NCBI GenBank assembly: GCA_041736435.1
Contig: JBGSTS010000223.1
Coordinates: forward strand, 1,169 to 65,168
Length of the DNA: 64,000 bases
Origin: Desulfobacterales bacterium
Lineage (GTDB): Bacteria; Desulfobacterota; Desulfobacteria; Desulfobacterales; SpSt-501
Direction of reading: 5' to 3'
The first letter of the stretch is position 1. Every line of letters begins with the position of its first letter. Shown here piece after piece: positions 9,812 through 18,980 of the stretch. The notes below the pieces were generated by a model. The model was not told the origin of the DNA. It did no database searches and saw only the letters and a program-made list of their open reading frames with translations. A program made the translations under genes and the position numbers.

Positions 9812-11509
9812 ATGACGGACATGTGGACCATTTTGTCCAAGCTGGTCCTTTTGCTCACCGTGGCGTTTTCCCTGGGTGCTCTCGCCAAACGCTTTAAGCA
9901 GAGCCCCATCATCGGATACCTGGTGGCCGGCACCATTCTCGGGCCGACCCTTTTCGACCGCGACGCCCTCACGCATTGGGGGGAATTAGGGGTTTCGCTG
10001 CTGCTGTTTTCGATCGGCCTCGAGTTTTCCTTCGGGCGGCTGAAGCGCATGGGCAGCGTGGTCTTGCTGGGGGGCGTTCTGCAGGTCACGATCACCCTGG
10101 CGCTTTTTGCCATTATCTTTTCCGTGAACGGGGCTGCCGGATCGTCCGTCGCCTGGGGGGAGATGGTTGCGGTCAGCTCCACGGCCATCGTGTTGAGAAT
10201 CCTCATGGATCGGGCCGAAATGGACTCCGTTTCCGGACGGGCGGCCCTGGGGATTCTGTTGATTCAAGACATTGCCGTAGTGCCCCTGGTGCTTTCCCTC
10301 ACGGTGATGAGTCAAGGGGGCAGCGCGGTCGAGGTCAGCCTGAATCTCGGCAAAACAATTGCGGCCGCGGGCGGGCTGGTGGCGGTGTTCTACGCGCTGT
10401 TTTTTCATCTCATCCCACGGCTGCTGATGCGCCAGGGCATGTTCGCAGACCGCGAGCTGGTGGTTTTGTTGGCCATCATCCTGGCGTTCGGCTCGGCCTG
10501 GGCGGCGCACGCACTCGGGCTTTCCCCCGCCCTGGGGGCCTTTTTGGCGGGAATGCTGCTGGCCGAGTCCCCCTTTTCGTCGCAGGTCCGCTCGGATGTC
10601 GGGCCCCTGCGAACGCTTTTTGTGACCCTGTTTTTCACGTCTGTGGGCATGCTGGCCGACCCTGCCTGGTTTATCGCGAACTGGGGCGAGGTGCTCATCT
10701 GGCTGGCAGTGGTTTTCGTCGGCAAGGCCTTGATTATTTTCGGCATCGGGGTGGTGCTCAAGATGAACCTCTTCTACGCCCTTGCCGCGGGGATCACCCT
10801 GGCCCAGATCGGGGAGTTCAGCCTCGTGCTGGCCACCGAGGCCAGCCGGGGAGGACTGATCGACCCGCATGTTTTTTCGCTGGCCGTGTCGGTGACGATC
10901 CTCTCCATGTTTCTGGCCCCTTACATGGTGGTCTACGCGCGACCGCTCGCCCGGTGGGTGATCGGATTGTTTTCATCGTCCCGTCGGGGTCAGCCGGCGC
11001 CGGAAGGTTTGCCTTCCTCCGCAGCGGGCGGGGGCGTGTTCATCATTGGCTTCGGCCCCTCCGGCCGCAGAGTTGCCAGGGCTCTGCTGGACTATGGGTT
11101 GAAACCGGAGGTGATTGAGCTCAACCCGGCCTCCGTTATAGCCGCGCACGCGATGGGGCTGAAGGTTCACCTGGGGGAGGCCTCCAACACGGACATCTTG
11201 GCTCACGCCGGAGTGACCGCATCCTGTGTAACTGTCATCACGGTGCCGGACCCGCGCACGGCGAAGAGGATTCTGCAGGGTGTCCACACGCTGTCGCCGG
11301 CCGCGAGCGTCATTGTAAGAAGCCGCTACAACATTTCTACCATGGACTTCTGGGAGCTGGGCGCAGCCTTCGTGGTGGACGAGGAGCAGGTCGTGGGCCA
11401 GGAGCTGGCCCGGCAGGTTATCGAATTTCTGAAAGAGGCGGATCCGGAAATAATTGCATGCGCACTCCCTGTCGATGAAAAAAATCCAGCATCCACCCCG
11501 GCTTCTTGA
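9812..11509 (+). CDS. CPA2-family monovalent cation:proton antiporter (Kef-type) with C-terminal RCK/TrkA-N domain
   Basis: Polytopic membrane N-terminus (SPIIGYLVAGTILGPTLF, LLFSIGLEFS) followed by a Rossmann-like VFIIGFGPSGRRVARALLDYGLKPEVIELN. Confidence 0.85.
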   Translation: MTDMWTILSKLVLLLTVAFSLGALAKRFKQSPIIGYLVAGTILGPTLFDRDALTHWGELGVSLLLFSIGLEFSFGRLKRMGSVVLLGGVLQVTITLALFAIIFSVNGAAGSSVAWGEMVAVSSTAIVLRILMDRAEMDSVSGRAALGILLIQDIAVVPLVLSLTVMSQGGSAVEVSLNLGKTIAAAGGLVAVFYALFFHLIPRLLMRQGMFADRELVVLLAIILAFGSAWAAHALGLSPALGAFLAGMLLAESPFSSQVRSDVGPLRTLFVTLFFTSVGMLADPAWFIANWGEVLIWLAVVFVGKALIIFGIGVVLKMNLFYALAAGITLAQIGEFSLVLATEASRGGLIDPHVFSLAVSVTILSMFLAPYMVVYARPLARWVIGLFSSSRRGQPAPEGLPSSAAGGGVFIIGFGPSGRRVARALLDYGLKPEVIELNPASVIAAHAMGLKVHLGEASNTDILAHAGVTASCVTVITVPDPRTAKRILQGVHTLSPAASVIVRSRYNISTMDFWELGAAFVVDEEQVVGQELARQVIEFLKEADPEIIACALPVDEKNPASTPAS

Positions 11510-11551
11510 CGGCACGCACACCCCATCATTTCGAAAAAAAGCGGGGCCCGG

Positions 11552-11995
11552 TCAACGGGCCTTGCAGCATGCCTCTGCCTGCCGCCGGATTTGATCAAGC
11601 ATCCGAACCGTAAGGCGGTGCAGCCGCTTGGGGACACCGACCAGGCGGCCCAGCATCAGCAGCGGTCCCTTGAAGGTTTCCACGCTTTTTAGCACCACTC
11701 CCCCCGGGTGTTCCTTGAAGCGCCAGGTGTGCACGGCCCGGATGCCGAGCCGTTCGCCTTCCCAGACCACCTCCCGGCCCGGTTCACAGCTGACCACCCG
11801 CGGCTCTACCCGAACCGGGAAGATGATCGGTTTGACGACGAAAGTGAAGCAGGCGCCCTCGGCCAGCTTGTCGCCGGCCGTGAACCGGCAGCTGTTGCAG
11901 GCGGTGTTCCACCCCTTCCACTCCTCCAGGTGGGAAAAGACCTGCCAGACCACCGGCAGCGGTGCTTGGATGGTTATTTCAGCTTGAATGATCAC
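11552..11995 (-). CDS. SRPBCC (START/polyketide cyclase-like) family protein
   Basis: 147 aa. MIIQAEITIQAPLPVVWQVFSHLEEWKGWN... is a typical SRPBCC N-terminus and size. Confidence 0.6.
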   Translation of the reverse strand: MIIQAEITIQAPLPVVWQVFSHLEEWKGWNTACNSCRFTAGDKLAEGACFTFVVKPIIFPVRVEPRVVSCEPGREVVWEGERLGIRAVHTWRFKEHPGGVVLKSVETFKGPLLMLGRLVGVPKRLHRLTVRMLDQIRRQAEACCKAR

Positions 11996-12152
11996 AGGGG
12001 GTCTCCTCGGCGGTGCTTGTCATTGCGATGGGCAATCTTATGGTGTAAGCATAACACCGTCCGCGTTGATCGCAAGCTAATCCGGCATGCGGAGGCCGGT
12101 TTCCTGCCCCGTGAGCACGCGCATCCACCCGATCGCCCGAAAGGAGGCCGCC

Positions 12153-12626
12153 ATGGCCGATGAAGTTGCTTACACATCCCGCGTCAAGATCGAAAGGGTC
12201 AAGGGCCCTCTGCGGCGAGCTTACCTGCCGCATGTGGCCGCCCCGGTGTTTTTCGGGGTGCACTCGGAGATTGCCCAACACTACGGCGTGGACACCAATG
12301 TCCACGAGCCGCACGCGGCCACTTTGGACTACCTGGTGGCCTCCGCCGCCGGCTGACTGACCGGGACCTTCGGCGGCGCGCTGGAAGCGCGCAAAATACC
12401 CGCCGGCTACGGCCGATTGGTGTGCGATGCCCGGGGGGAAGTCGAAAAGGACGGGCAGGTTCTTGTCGTTAAACGGATCCACGTGGATTACCACCTGAAG
12501 CTGGCTCCCGAAAACCGTGACGCGGCCGCGCGGGTGCACGAGCTGCACGCCGACTCCTGCCCCGTGGCCCGCACGCTCAAAGGCTGTGTGCAGATCACCA
12601 CCCGCCTGCACATGGAAGACGTCTGA
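12153..12626 (+). CDS. OsmC/Ohr-family peroxiredoxin-like protein with in-frame UGA (12354-12356) at the conserved catalytic Cys position; candidate selenoprotein (otherwise a pseudogene)
   Basis: Track ORFs 12087..12356 and 12417..12626 are in the same frame, and I read no other stop between them. The joined product is ...HAATLDYLVASAAG[U]LTGTFGGALEARKI...HELHADSCPVARTLKG. The UGA falls where OsmC-like proteins have the first conserved Cys, and the second conserved Cys is present. ATG 12153 is preceded by AAGGAGG. Confidence 0.6.
12376..12392 (+). promoter_or_regulatory. candidate bacterial SECIS hairpin (GCGCGC-UGGAA-GCGCGC) downstream of the UGA
   Basis: Perfect 6-bp G:C stem with apical loop UGGAA. 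The loop GG lies about 27-28 nt after the UGA, within the spacing range I recall for bacterial SECIS elements. Confidence 0.45.
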
Positions 12627-12651
12627 TGGCGCCAGAAGACCAGGGAGGCAC

Positions 12652-13404
12652 ATGACGTCCGTTTATCGTCAGGCAGCCGACGTGATTCTGTCGCACCAGC
12701 CCTGCGCGGCGCTCACCGGCGCCGGGATTTCGACCGAGAGCGGAATTCCCGCCTTTCGATCGAAAGGCGGGCTTTGGGAGACATTCGACCCGGCGGTGTA
12801 TGCCTCGATCGAAGTTTTCCGCCGGGACCCATCGAAGTACTGGAGCCTCCGCGGCGAGTTCATCCGCAACTACGATGCCTACCGGCCCAACCCCGGCCAC
12901 CTGGCGCTGGCCGAGATGGAGAGACTCGGGCTTCTGCGCCACGTGATCACCCAGAACATCGACGGCTTGCACCGCAAGGCCGGCAGCCGAAACGTGACGG
13001 AAATCCACGGCAGCCTGAGGGAGATCCACTGCCTGACGTGCGGGAAGGAATACCTTGCGCCCACCGTTCCGGCGGGCAGCCCCCCGTTTTGCGATTGCGG
13101 CGGGGTGCTCAAACCGGACACGGTGCTCTTTGGCGAGCCGCTGCCGCCCGCGGCCCTGGAGGCCGCCTGGCGCGAGGCGGAAAGCTGCGGGGTCATGCTC
13201 GTCATCGGCACCTCGGCCGCGGTCCAGCCGGCGGCGTCTCTGCCGTTCGTTGCCCGCGACCAGGGCGCCAAGATCGTTGAAATCAACCCCGAGCGCGCAT
13301 TTGCCGACGCCGATGTCTGCATCCCGGAAAACGCCGGGAGCGCGCTGCCGAAGATCGTGGCGGAGTTGAAAATACTTCAGTTGTGCCTGCCTCTGGCCAT
13401 ATGA
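12652..13404 (+). CDS. cobB: NAD-dependent protein deacylase, Sir2 family
   Basis: ORF 12517..13404 trimmed to ATG 12652 (GGGAGG upstream). Motifs: ALTGAGISTESGIPAFRS, VITQNIDGLHRKAG, HG, and Zn ribbon CLTCG...CDCGG. Confidence 0.85.
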   Translation: MTSVYRQAADVILSHQPCAALTGAGISTESGIPAFRSKGGLWETFDPAVYASIEVFRRDPSKYWSLRGEFIRNYDAYRPNPGHLALAEMERLGLLRHVITQNIDGLHRKAGSRNVTEIHGSLREIHCLTCGKEYLAPTVPAGSPPFCDCGGVLKPDTVLFGEPLPPAALEAAWREAESCGVMLVIGTSAAVQPAASLPFVARDQGAKIVEINPERAFADADVCIPENAGSALPKIVAELKILQLCLPLAI

Positions 13405-13453
13405 ATCGCGGACAAGAGAGCTGAAACCACCTTGATGCGAGGGGAAGCTGCTG

Positions 13454-14200
13454 ATGAAGAACGTCGTGCTCGAAGACCATGGAGCCATTGCCGTGCTGAG
13501 ATTGACCAACGGCGTCACCAACGCCATCGGGCCGGAACTGGTTGCGGACCTGTCGGCGGCGCTCCAGGAGGTGAAAGGCCGCTTCCGGGGAATGGTGCTG
13601 GCCGGGGGGAACAAGTTTTTCAGCATCGGGTTAGACCTGCCGGCCCTGCTCAAACTGAACCGTGCAGGCATGAAAGGCTTCTGGATCGAGTTCGAGGATT
13701 CGGTCCTGGGCCTCTACACCCTTCCGGTCCCCACGGCCGCCGCGATCGCAGGCCACGCCCCGGCGGCCGGAACCATCCTGGCGCTGGCGTGCGATTTTCG
13801 CCTCATCGCAGCGGGGAAAAACCTGATCGGGCTGAACGAAATCCAGATCGGCTTGCCCATTCCCTTCCTCGCCGACCTGATGCTGCGCCAGGCCGCAGGG
13901 GACCGGGCAGCGACCGAGATCGAATACACGGGCGAATTGCTCACGCCTCAAAAAGCCCAGGCCTTCAACCTGATTGACCACATGCTCCCGCAAGAGGAGG
14001 TCGAAGCCCAGGCCATCGCCAAGGTCTCCGGGATCACAAAACATCCCCCATTTGGGTTCGCTCTCACCAAAGAGCTCCGCACACGGGATATCCGCACCCG
14101 GTTTCTGGCAGACCGGGAGTCCATCAACCAGGCCTTTATGGACTGTTGGTTCTCCGCCCCCGTTCAGCGCATTCTGAGCGAAGCTTCCAAGAAATTTTGA
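13454..14200 (+). CDS. enoyl-CoA hydratase/isomerase (crotonase) family protein
   Basis: IAVLRLTNGVTNAIGPELVADL...FFSIGLDL...VPTAAAIAGHAPAAGTILALACDFRL is the crotonase-fold pattern. Confidence 0.75.
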   Translation: MKNVVLEDHGAIAVLRLTNGVTNAIGPELVADLSAALQEVKGRFRGMVLAGGNKFFSIGLDLPALLKLNRAGMKGFWIEFEDSVLGLYTLPVPTAAAIAGHAPAAGTILALACDFRLIAAGKNLIGLNEIQIGLPIPFLADLMLRQAAGDRAATEIEYTGELLTPQKAQAFNLIDHMLPQEEVEAQAIAKVSGITKHPPFGFALTKELRTRDIRTRFLADRESINQAFMDCWFSAPVQRILSEASKKF

Positions 14201-14215
14201 ACGATGGGGTTGTTT

Positions 14216-14827
14216 TTATTCCCAGCCGGCCTGGCTTTTGATGGACTTGAGGGTGAGAACGAGGGCTGCCTTGAGGGTGTCGTTGACCCCCGTGCCGGTG
14301 GCCGCGCTGGCGGCAAAGGCGGGGGCCTTGAGCTGGCGGTTGTAGAAGGTGTTCATCTCCTCGACCGACATCAGGGGGACGCCGGCGTCGGCAAGGTCGC
14401 GTTTGTTCCACTGCATGACCAGCGGGAATTTTAGTATGTTCAGTCCGTAGTCCTTTAGGTTTTGCGCCAGGTCCTTGATCGACTCGATGTTTTGCTCGTT
14501 TCGCACGCGCATCGAGTCCGCCACGAAAACGACTGTGTCCGCCCCTTTAAGAACCAACTTGCGGGTCGAGGAGTACTTGACCTGGCCCGGGACCGTGTAG
14601 AGCTGAACCCGGACGTCGCACCCCTTGATTTTCCCCAGGCCCATGGGCACGAAGTCAAAGAAGAGGGTCAGATCCCCCTTGGTTTTGATGGAGACCATGT
14701 CGTCGATCATGTAGCGGCGGCTATTCTGGAAAATGTATTGAAGGTTGGTGGTTTTGCCACAGCGGCCGGGGCCATAGTAGACGATTTTGCATTCCACCTC
14801 GCGTTTCTTCAGGTTGATCGTAGCCAT
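14216..14827 (-). CDS. mglA: Ras-like small GTPase MglA (mutual gliding-motility protein A family)
   Basis: REVECKIVYYGPGRCGKTTNLQYIF...TLFFDF...LYTVPGQVKY...LKGADTVVFVADS...QWNKRDL tracks Myxococcus MglA almost block for block. Confidence 0.85.
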   Translation of the reverse strand: MATINLKKREVECKIVYYGPGRCGKTTNLQYIFQNSRRYMIDDMVSIKTKGDLTLFFDFVPMGLGKIKGCDVRVQLYTVPGQVKYSSTRKLVLKGADTVVFVADSMRVRNEQNIESIKDLAQNLKDYGLNILKFPLVMQWNKRDLADAGVPLMSVEEMNTFYNRQLKAPAFAASAATGTGVNDTLKAALVLTLKSIKSQAGWE

Positions 14828-15190
14828 ACGCCGCTGTGATGGTATCCGAAAGTATAGTTTTTGAATCGGTACGCCGTTGTTGGCGGGGATGTCGCCAATG
14901 GCCGGTCGCTTATCCGCAATGAACCATAATAGAAAACCACCGGCGGGTAGTCAAGGCATCAAAATCGGGCCTCGTTCCTATACCATCGGCAGGTCTTCGA
15001 AAATAGTTAGAAATTTTTTAGGTGGCCGGGTGTGGAAGCGATGGGCGGCGGCGGCGACAAGGCGGGTGCGGATGCACCGGCCTGAGATCCTAGTGGCACC
15101 TGAAAAACCGGGTCGGCGTCAGTCGCTAGGGTAAGAGCAGGTTACAGAACAAGCATCCGGCTGTCGGCCAAGGCGTGCAATTTTAGGAGC

Positions 15191-15214
15191 GCAGTCCCGC
15201 CGCGGCGGGACTGC
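15191..15214 (-). terminator. 24-nt perfect palindrome (GCAGTCCCGCCGCGGCGGGACTGC) 49 nt downstream of the aminotransferase stop; terminator-like hairpin without a clear U-tract
   Basis: Read directly. Its position after the convergent-strand gene end fits a terminator, but no T-run follows on either strand. Confidence 0.3.
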
Positions 15215-15262
15215 ACATTTACAAAAGCCGCACAGCGCGGGATCACATACTGATGCGCCCTT

Positions 15263-16657
15263 TTACAAGACCCTTTCGGGATACTCGGTGCTGTGAGATA
15301 CGGGGGTACCGGAGTCGACGGATTCACGATCGGCGATCTCGAGGGCGGTGTCCAGAACCGCTATGGCTTCGTCCACCTGCGCTTCGGTGATGATCAGCGG
15401 CGGGGCGATCACCAGCGTGTCGTACCAAGGGCTGATGTAAACCCCGCGCTGCATGGCGTCGGCTGCGACCCGGCCGGTCATGAGCACCTTGGTGCTGAAT
15501 TTTTCGGCCTTGACGTCGAAGGGCTCCTTGGTCTTGCGGTTTTTGACCAGCTCAAGAGCCCAGAAATGCCCTATCCCGCGCACATCCCCCACGCTGATAT
15601 GCCGATCCGCCAGTTGGTGGAGGCGGTTCTTCAGGTGGGCGGCAACACGCTGGGGCAGCCCAGAGGCCATCAACTTTTTGAGTTCGCTGATGGCGGCCGG
15701 AATGGCTGCGGCCGAAAGCGGGTGAAAGGCATAGGTGTGGCCGTGGCAGAAGACCTCTTCTTCGAAGAACCCGGCCACCTTGGCGGAAGTCGCCGTGATC
15801 GCCAGCGGCGTGTAGGCGGCGCTCGCACCCTTGGCGGTGGTGATCAAATCCGGGGTCACCTTCCAGTGCTCCATGGCGAAGGCCGTCCCGGTCCGGTACC
15901 ACCCGGACATGACCTCATCGGCGATCAACAGGACCTTGTGTTCGTCGCAGATCTTGCGCAGCAGGGGGTAGTACTCCGGCGGTGGGATCAGCCGGCCGTT
16001 GGTCCCCACGATGGGCTCGACGATGATGGCGGCCACGTTGCCCTCCTCGCGTACCATGTAATCCAGGTACGTGGCGCACTGCACCCCGCACTCCGGGTAG
16101 GTGAGCGCGAAGGGGCAGCGGTAACAGTAGCTGTCCGGCGCGAAACGCACCCCCGGCACGGTGCAGCGCGCCTGCTCGGCGTACCAGCGCCGAGGGTCGC
16201 CGGTCAGAGAGATACTGGCGGCCGTCGAGCCGTGGTAGGACTTGTAGCGGGAGATCACCTTGTAGGCCGGCGCGCAGGCCTGCCGGACCATCTTGATGGC
16301 GGCCTCGTTGGCCTCGGTGCCGCTCGTGGAGATAAAAAATTTGCTGAGTTCCTCCGGCATGACGCTGCGCAGCGCCTCGACCGCCTCCAGGGCGGCCTGG
16401 GTGGCGAACCCAGGGGCGATGTAGGGCAGCTTTTCGGCCTGCCGGACGATGGCCTCAATCACGGCCTTGTTTCTGTGCCCTAAATTGGAGCACATCAGCT
16501 GGGAAGAAAAATCGATGTAGCGCTTGCCCTTGTCGTCGGTGAAGTAAACGCCCTCGGCATCGGTGATGAGCATGGGGGCCTTCCACCCCTTCTGCCGGCT
16601 CCAGGTGTGATAGCTGTGGGCGGCATACTCTGCCACCCGTTTGGCTGTTTCGTTCAT
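15263..16657 (-). CDS. class III (omega) aminotransferase, beta-alanine/taurine:pyruvate-type
   Basis: 464 aa. Motifs: DFSSQLMCSNLGH, ISTSGTEANEAAIK, LIADEVMSGWYRTG, and PLP-Lys region DLITTAKG. Confidence 0.8.
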   Translation of the reverse strand: MNETAKRVAEYAAHSYHTWSRQKGWKAPMLITDAEGVYFTDDKGKRYIDFSSQLMCSNLGHRNKAVIEAIVRQAEKLPYIAPGFATQAALEAVEALRSVMPEELSKFFISTSGTEANEAAIKMVRQACAPAYKVISRYKSYHGSTAASISLTGDPRRWYAEQARCTVPGVRFAPDSYCYRCPFALTYPECGVQCATYLDYMVREEGNVAAIIVEPIVGTNGRLIPPPEYYPLLRKICDEHKVLLIADEVMSGWYRTGTAFAMEHWKVTPDLITTAKGASAAYTPLAITATSAKVAGFFEEEVFCHGHTYAFHPLSAAAIPAAISELKKLMASGLPQRVAAHLKNRLHQLADRHISVGDVRGIGHFWALELVKNRKTKEPFDVKAEKFSTKVLMTGRVAADAMQRGVYISPWYDTLVIAPPLIITEAQVDEAIAVLDTALEIADRESVDSGTPVSHSTEYPERVL

Positions 16658-16741
16658 GGCACTCTCCTTGTGCTGAGAAAAGGTAGGGGGCCCTCCGGCG
16701 CGCGGGGCCGCGTACCGCGGTTGGATCCGTGACGCCCGTTT

Positions 16742-17170
16742 CTAAAAGGCGGAAAGCTTGGCCAGTCGGGCCTTGCGGAGCTTTCCCAGCCCCTTGAGCG
16801 TCCGCGCCACTTCCGGCAACGCCTTGATCTTATCGGCGGCTTCGGCGTAGTAGCGATCTGCGCGTGTCTCCAGCCGGCGGGCGGTGGCCAGCACCTCGGC
16901 GGCGCTTTGAACCGCCGCCCCCTCGCAGGCCTCGCAGAACGGGGCGCGGACGAAGTCCCGGATCGGCTCCAGGATCATCTCGGTCACGTTTTCACGCCGT
17001 GCGCGTTGCACGGACTTGACGTTGCGGGCGGCCTCGGCCCCCAGTTCCCTGAAAAGTGTGGCATGAGCGCTGCAGGCGGGGTTTCCGGCCGCGGCCTCAT
17101 AGAAATGCTGGTCCTGGCTCTCCAGCTCTTCGGCGAAATTCAGGATACTTCCGAAATTCTCAAGCGGCAT
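16742..17170 (-). CDS. hypothetical helical protein (possibly ferritin-like four-helix fold), no recognisable motif
   Basis: ORF 16742..17182. I prefer the ATG at 17170 (MPLENF...) because GGAG lies about 9 nt upstream. It sits between mmsA and the aminotransferase on the same strand. Confidence 0.45.
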   Translation of the reverse strand: MPLENFGSILNFAEELESQDQHFYEAAAGNPACSAHATLFRELGAEAARNVKSVQRARRENVTEMILEPIRDFVRAPFCEACEGAAVQSAAEVLATARRLETRADRYYAEAADKIKALPEVARTLKGLGKLRKARLAKLSAF

Positions 17171-17276
17171 GGTCGACTCCAAATGACGTAAGGGTTCGAG
17201 GGGTCAGGGGGCCAAGGGGTCGAGTGAAGCCGGTTTCCTGCCGGTTGTGCCCGCCACCCCTTGAACCCGACAGCTC

Positions 17277-18731
17277 CTACAGCCAGCGCTGGATCACCAC
17301 TTTCGTGTCGGTGAAGAACTGGAAGATCTCCTGGCCGTGGCCTTTGACATCGCCGAACATGGACTGGCCGGCCCCGCCGAAGGGGAAGAAAGACATCGGC
17401 GCGGCAATGCCGATGTTGATCCCGATCATGCTCGGCTTGACCTTGTACTTGAACTCCCGGGCCGCGGCCCCGCTGCCGGTGTAGAGGCAGGCGGCGTTGG
17501 CGAACCCGCGCGTGTTGATCAGCTCGATCGCGTCGCTGAGGGTCTTGCAGCGCACGATGCTCACCACCGGCCCGAAGATCTCCTCGCGGGCGATGGTCAT
17601 GTCGGGTGTAACGTTGTCGAAGATCGTCGGTCCCACAAAGAACCCGTTCGGGTAGCCCTCGACCTTGCAGCCCCGGCCGTCGAGAACCAGCTGCGCGCCC
17701 TCGGCGATTCCCTTTTCGATGTAGCCGAGGACCCGCTTCCGGTGGGCCGCGCTCACCACCGGGCCCATCGAAGTCTTCTCGTCCAGACCGTCGCCGACCC
17801 GGATCTGGTTGGCCGCGGCCGTGAATTGCGCGATCAGCTGGTCGGCCACATCTCCGACCGGGGATAGGATTGAGCCTGAAAGACAGCGCTGGCCGCTGCA
17901 GCCGTAAAACGAGGTGATCAGGGAGGGCATGGCCGCGGAGAGGTTCGCATCCGGCATGACGGCCACGATATTTTTAGCGCCGCCGAGGGCCTGCACCCGT
18001 TTGCCGGTCGCGCCGCAGCGCTCGTAGATGTACTTTGCCGTCGGGGAAGAGCCAACGAAGGAGACTCCGTTGATGTCGGGGTGCCCCAGGATGCCGTTGA
18101 CCACATCCTTGGACCCGTGCACCATGTTCACCACCCCCTCCGGAAAGCCGACCTGGTCGAGGATTTCGAAAATTTTCGTCTGGGTCATCGGCACCTGCTC
18201 GGAGGGTTTGACGATGAAGGTGTTGCCGCTGACGATGGCATAGGGCAGGAACCACCAGGCCACCATGGCCGGGAAATTATAGGGGGCGATGGCCGCGAAC
18301 ACGCCGACCGGCTGGCGGTGGCCCATACAGTCGATGTCCTTGGCGATGTCCTCCAAGGTGTAGCCGCACTGCAGGGTGGTCACCCCGGTGGCGTGTTCGA
18401 CGTTTTCGATCATGCGCCGCACCTCGCCGCGGGACTCGTCGATGACTTTTCCCTGCTCGATGGTCAGGGTCCGGGCGATCTCCTCGAAGTTCTCCTCGAA
18501 GGCGTCCTTGAGCCGGAACAGGTAGCGCGCCCGGGTCAGCGGCGGGGTCGTGCGCCATTCCCAGAAAGCCGCCCGGGCCGCTTTCACGGCGTTGTCCACG
18601 TCCGCGGCGGTGCCGTAGGGCACCTGGGCTATCTTCTCGCCCTTGACCGGGTTCCACACGTCGCCGAAGGTGGTCGTGTCCGATCCCACCCACTCGCCGT
18701 TGATGTAGTTCTTCATGATCGGCAGTGCCAT
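17277..18731 (-). CDS. mmsA: CoA-acylating methylmalonate-semialdehyde / malonate-semialdehyde dehydrogenase
   Basis: ORF 17277..18911 trimmed to ATG 18731 (MALPIMKNYINGEWV; GAGGAGG upstream). Aldehyde dehydrogenase blocks: FPAMVAWWFLPYAIVSGNTFIVKPSEQ, GCSGQRCLS, EEIFGPV. Confidence 0.8.
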   Translation of the reverse strand: MALPIMKNYINGEWVGSDTTTFGDVWNPVKGEKIAQVPYGTAADVDNAVKAARAAFWEWRTTPPLTRARYLFRLKDAFEENFEEIARTLTIEQGKVIDESRGEVRRMIENVEHATGVTTLQCGYTLEDIAKDIDCMGHRQPVGVFAAIAPYNFPAMVAWWFLPYAIVSGNTFIVKPSEQVPMTQTKIFEILDQVGFPEGVVNMVHGSKDVVNGILGHPDINGVSFVGSSPTAKYIYERCGATGKRVQALGGAKNIVAVMPDANLSAAMPSLITSFYGCSGQRCLSGSILSPVGDVADQLIAQFTAAANQIRVGDGLDEKTSMGPVVSAAHRKRVLGYIEKGIAEGAQLVLDGRGCKVEGYPNGFFVGPTIFDNVTPDMTIAREEIFGPVVSIVRCKTLSDAIELINTRGFANAACLYTGSGAAAREFKYKVKPSMIGINIGIAAPMSFFPFGGAGQSMFGDVKGHGQEIFQFFTDTKVVIQRWL

Positions 18732-18980
18732 GCTGGTTCCTCCTCGGTAAAAGGGTTGATGCGGGACAGGCCGTCGTCCTGTAGCGCTTCTCGACGGGTG
18801 TGGACTGTAGCCCAGGCGCGCAGCAATGTCAAGATAATAATGGTAGGTTGCTGCGAAAACAATAATTAGTTTGACAAAAAAAAACGAATAAAGATAATTT
18901 AAGGACATCATATTTTTGGAATAAGGTTATTTCGGTTTGAACATTACCCAAAAACTCGGCCGGTCCATCAGGGGGAAAAA

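Noticed and set aside
15191-15214. 24-nt perfect palindrome, considered as a protein operator or mobile-element end
   Set aside because: It is a single copy located just downstream of a gene end. The most economical reading is a transcript-end hairpin, so it is listed as a low-confidence terminator only.
17277-18911. Long N-terminal extensions of track ORFs. Cases: mmsA to 18911, EamA to 22261, permease to 44396, tatD to 54354, prfB track start 60368, secretin 30508, OsmC 12087.
   Set aside because: The extensions overlap divergent genes or promoters and read as non-protein-like. Internal ATGs with good Shine-Dalgarno sequences coincide with the family N-termini.
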